This document shows, in pieces, positions 62,620 through 64,000 of a stretch of 64,000 nt of DNA. The DNA is taken from contig NC_057713.1 of NCBI RefSeq assembly GCF_004010195.1, positions 136,128,911 through 136,192,910 on the forward strand. Reading direction: 5' to 3'. The notes beneath the pieces are model-generated. The model saw only the letters and a program-made list of their open reading frames with translations, was not told the DNA's origin and made no database searches. Numbering within the stretch: position 1 is the first letter of the stretch; every line of letters starts with the position of its first letter. The stretch comes from Chiloscyllium plagiosum (lineage: Eukaryota). A program made the position numbers and the translations under genes.

Positions 62620-64000
62620 CTCAAAGTTTATCATGACAGCACAAAAAAAAACTGGCTAATCTTTCGATTCCAGGTCATTGGCCGAGATCCCTGATGAAAG
62701 CTCACAACACCAACAGGATCTAGGTTAGTATTGTATATCCAAGTGCTGAGCTAACTGCCCCTCGTCTGGGCTCCAATGTAAAAAGCATTTGACTGAGACA
62801 TACAAACTATAGAGATTCCGCATCATACTCCAAGCATGAATACAACAACTTTTAGGAGTGGGAAATAGTGAATAAGGAACGGTCATTAGAAACTTTTCAA
62901 AGGGAAAGGCAGAGCAGAAAGAACATTGCATGGATTGTCGAACTTTTCACTGCAGAAAATGCAAGCAAGTCTTGTGAAAAATCTCCATTATAAAATGTAA
63001 CTATTTATACTGCCACCTTCAGGGTAGTAAATCCAATGAGCACACAGATACAGAAAAAGATGAAATTTCACTAAAAGAATTGCTCCACTCCAGAAAAATG
63101 AGGGGGTGGGGGAAAGAGTGTGATGATTAGCACAGGTTAGCCAGAAAGCCCTGACTTGTGGTAACAAGGCTTCCATTTTTCCCAACTATGTATCGTAGAG
63201 CAAGCCAACTTGAATGTTTCTTATGTGCAGACACACAAGCGCCCAGGCTCAGATGTTCAGTGGGAGTTCAGCTAGTACTTCAACCAGGTCAAATCTAAGC
63301 TATAGTTAGGAAACAAAAGTCAAAAATTCTTATTCAGGAATATTAACTTTGTTGGAAACATAGTTTTGGACACTACCTAGCAACAGGATTGAGCTTGGCT
63401 ACATTGCTATTTCTCTCCCCTCCCTCAGTCAAATAGCCTGCCACTGTCAAGGTTCATATAGGAAAATATTAGAAGACAAACACCACCTATGGAGGTATAT
63501 CTCTGCAAACAAGTCCTAGTAAAGGACTAAATTAAGTATTAGGAAAGTAGTAATAAATTTCCGGTTTTAGATTTTTTAAAATAGTACCTCACTTTCCCCC
63601 AAATACTCATCTAATATCCCAATATACCATATATTTTACCAGATATACAAAATATAAATGACTAAGCAAGTGCATTACACTGTTCTTACACATGTACAAT
63701 TACAATTTGATATAAAGCATACACTATATTCTACTTTAATTTTAACAGAATCATAAATCTAACTCCAGTATAGCCAAAGAGTTACTTTTGAATTATTCCT
63801 AAAGACAACTTACACTTTTCTAACAACTTGAATGAAATAAAATGTCCCATAGTAAAACAAAAAAGAATTAAAGGTATTATCCAAAGGCAAGTACAAAAAT
63901 AATGCTTAAAATGTTTTGTCCATGTTTTTTGGGGAATGGCAGAATGAGATCAAGAGAAATGTCTGAACGGACGTAAAATTAGAACAAGACAATTTCTATG

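Noticed and set aside
62686-62725. GATCC-CTGATGA-AAGCTC...GGATC hammerhead-like start
   Set aside because: No stem II and no downstream GAAA box; it cannot be folded as a hammerhead.
1-64000. CRISPR arrays, operons or other prokaryotic systems
   Set aside because: The sequence is vertebrate intronic DNA and has no regularly spaced direct-repeat array.

Overview
Vertebrate genomic DNA, almost certainly a shark or other elasmobranch, judged from the HE1-type V-SINEs and abundant CR1/HER1 LINEs. The window lies inside the CHD7 gene on the minus strand. One real exon is present: the large first coding exon (exon 2, 39157->37320, CDS 38966->37320). It is flanked by >24 kb of intron 1 and >37 kb of intron 2. 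The introns are packed with CR1 LINE fragments, HE1 and other tRNA/Deu-type SINEs, three solo LTRs, a decayed Gmr1-type (INT-before-RT) Gypsy element, Penelope-like (PLE) fragments and an internally deleted RBPMS2 retrocopy. The most striking signal is a set of short (100-240 bp) PLE-derived non-autonomous elements from at least two families. They carry minimal type-I hammerhead ribozyme motifs, often as back-to-back palindromes, and have 11-16 bp target-site duplications; several ribozyme cores are intact on the CHD7 sense strand. Also notable are a uORF plus hairpin in the CHD7 5'UTR, exon-2 circRNA potential, and a ~310-bp inverted duplication containing a micro-inversion. Repeat boundaries were read by eye and are approximate unless a TSD is quoted. 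Family assignments come from recalled consensus motifs, not database searches.
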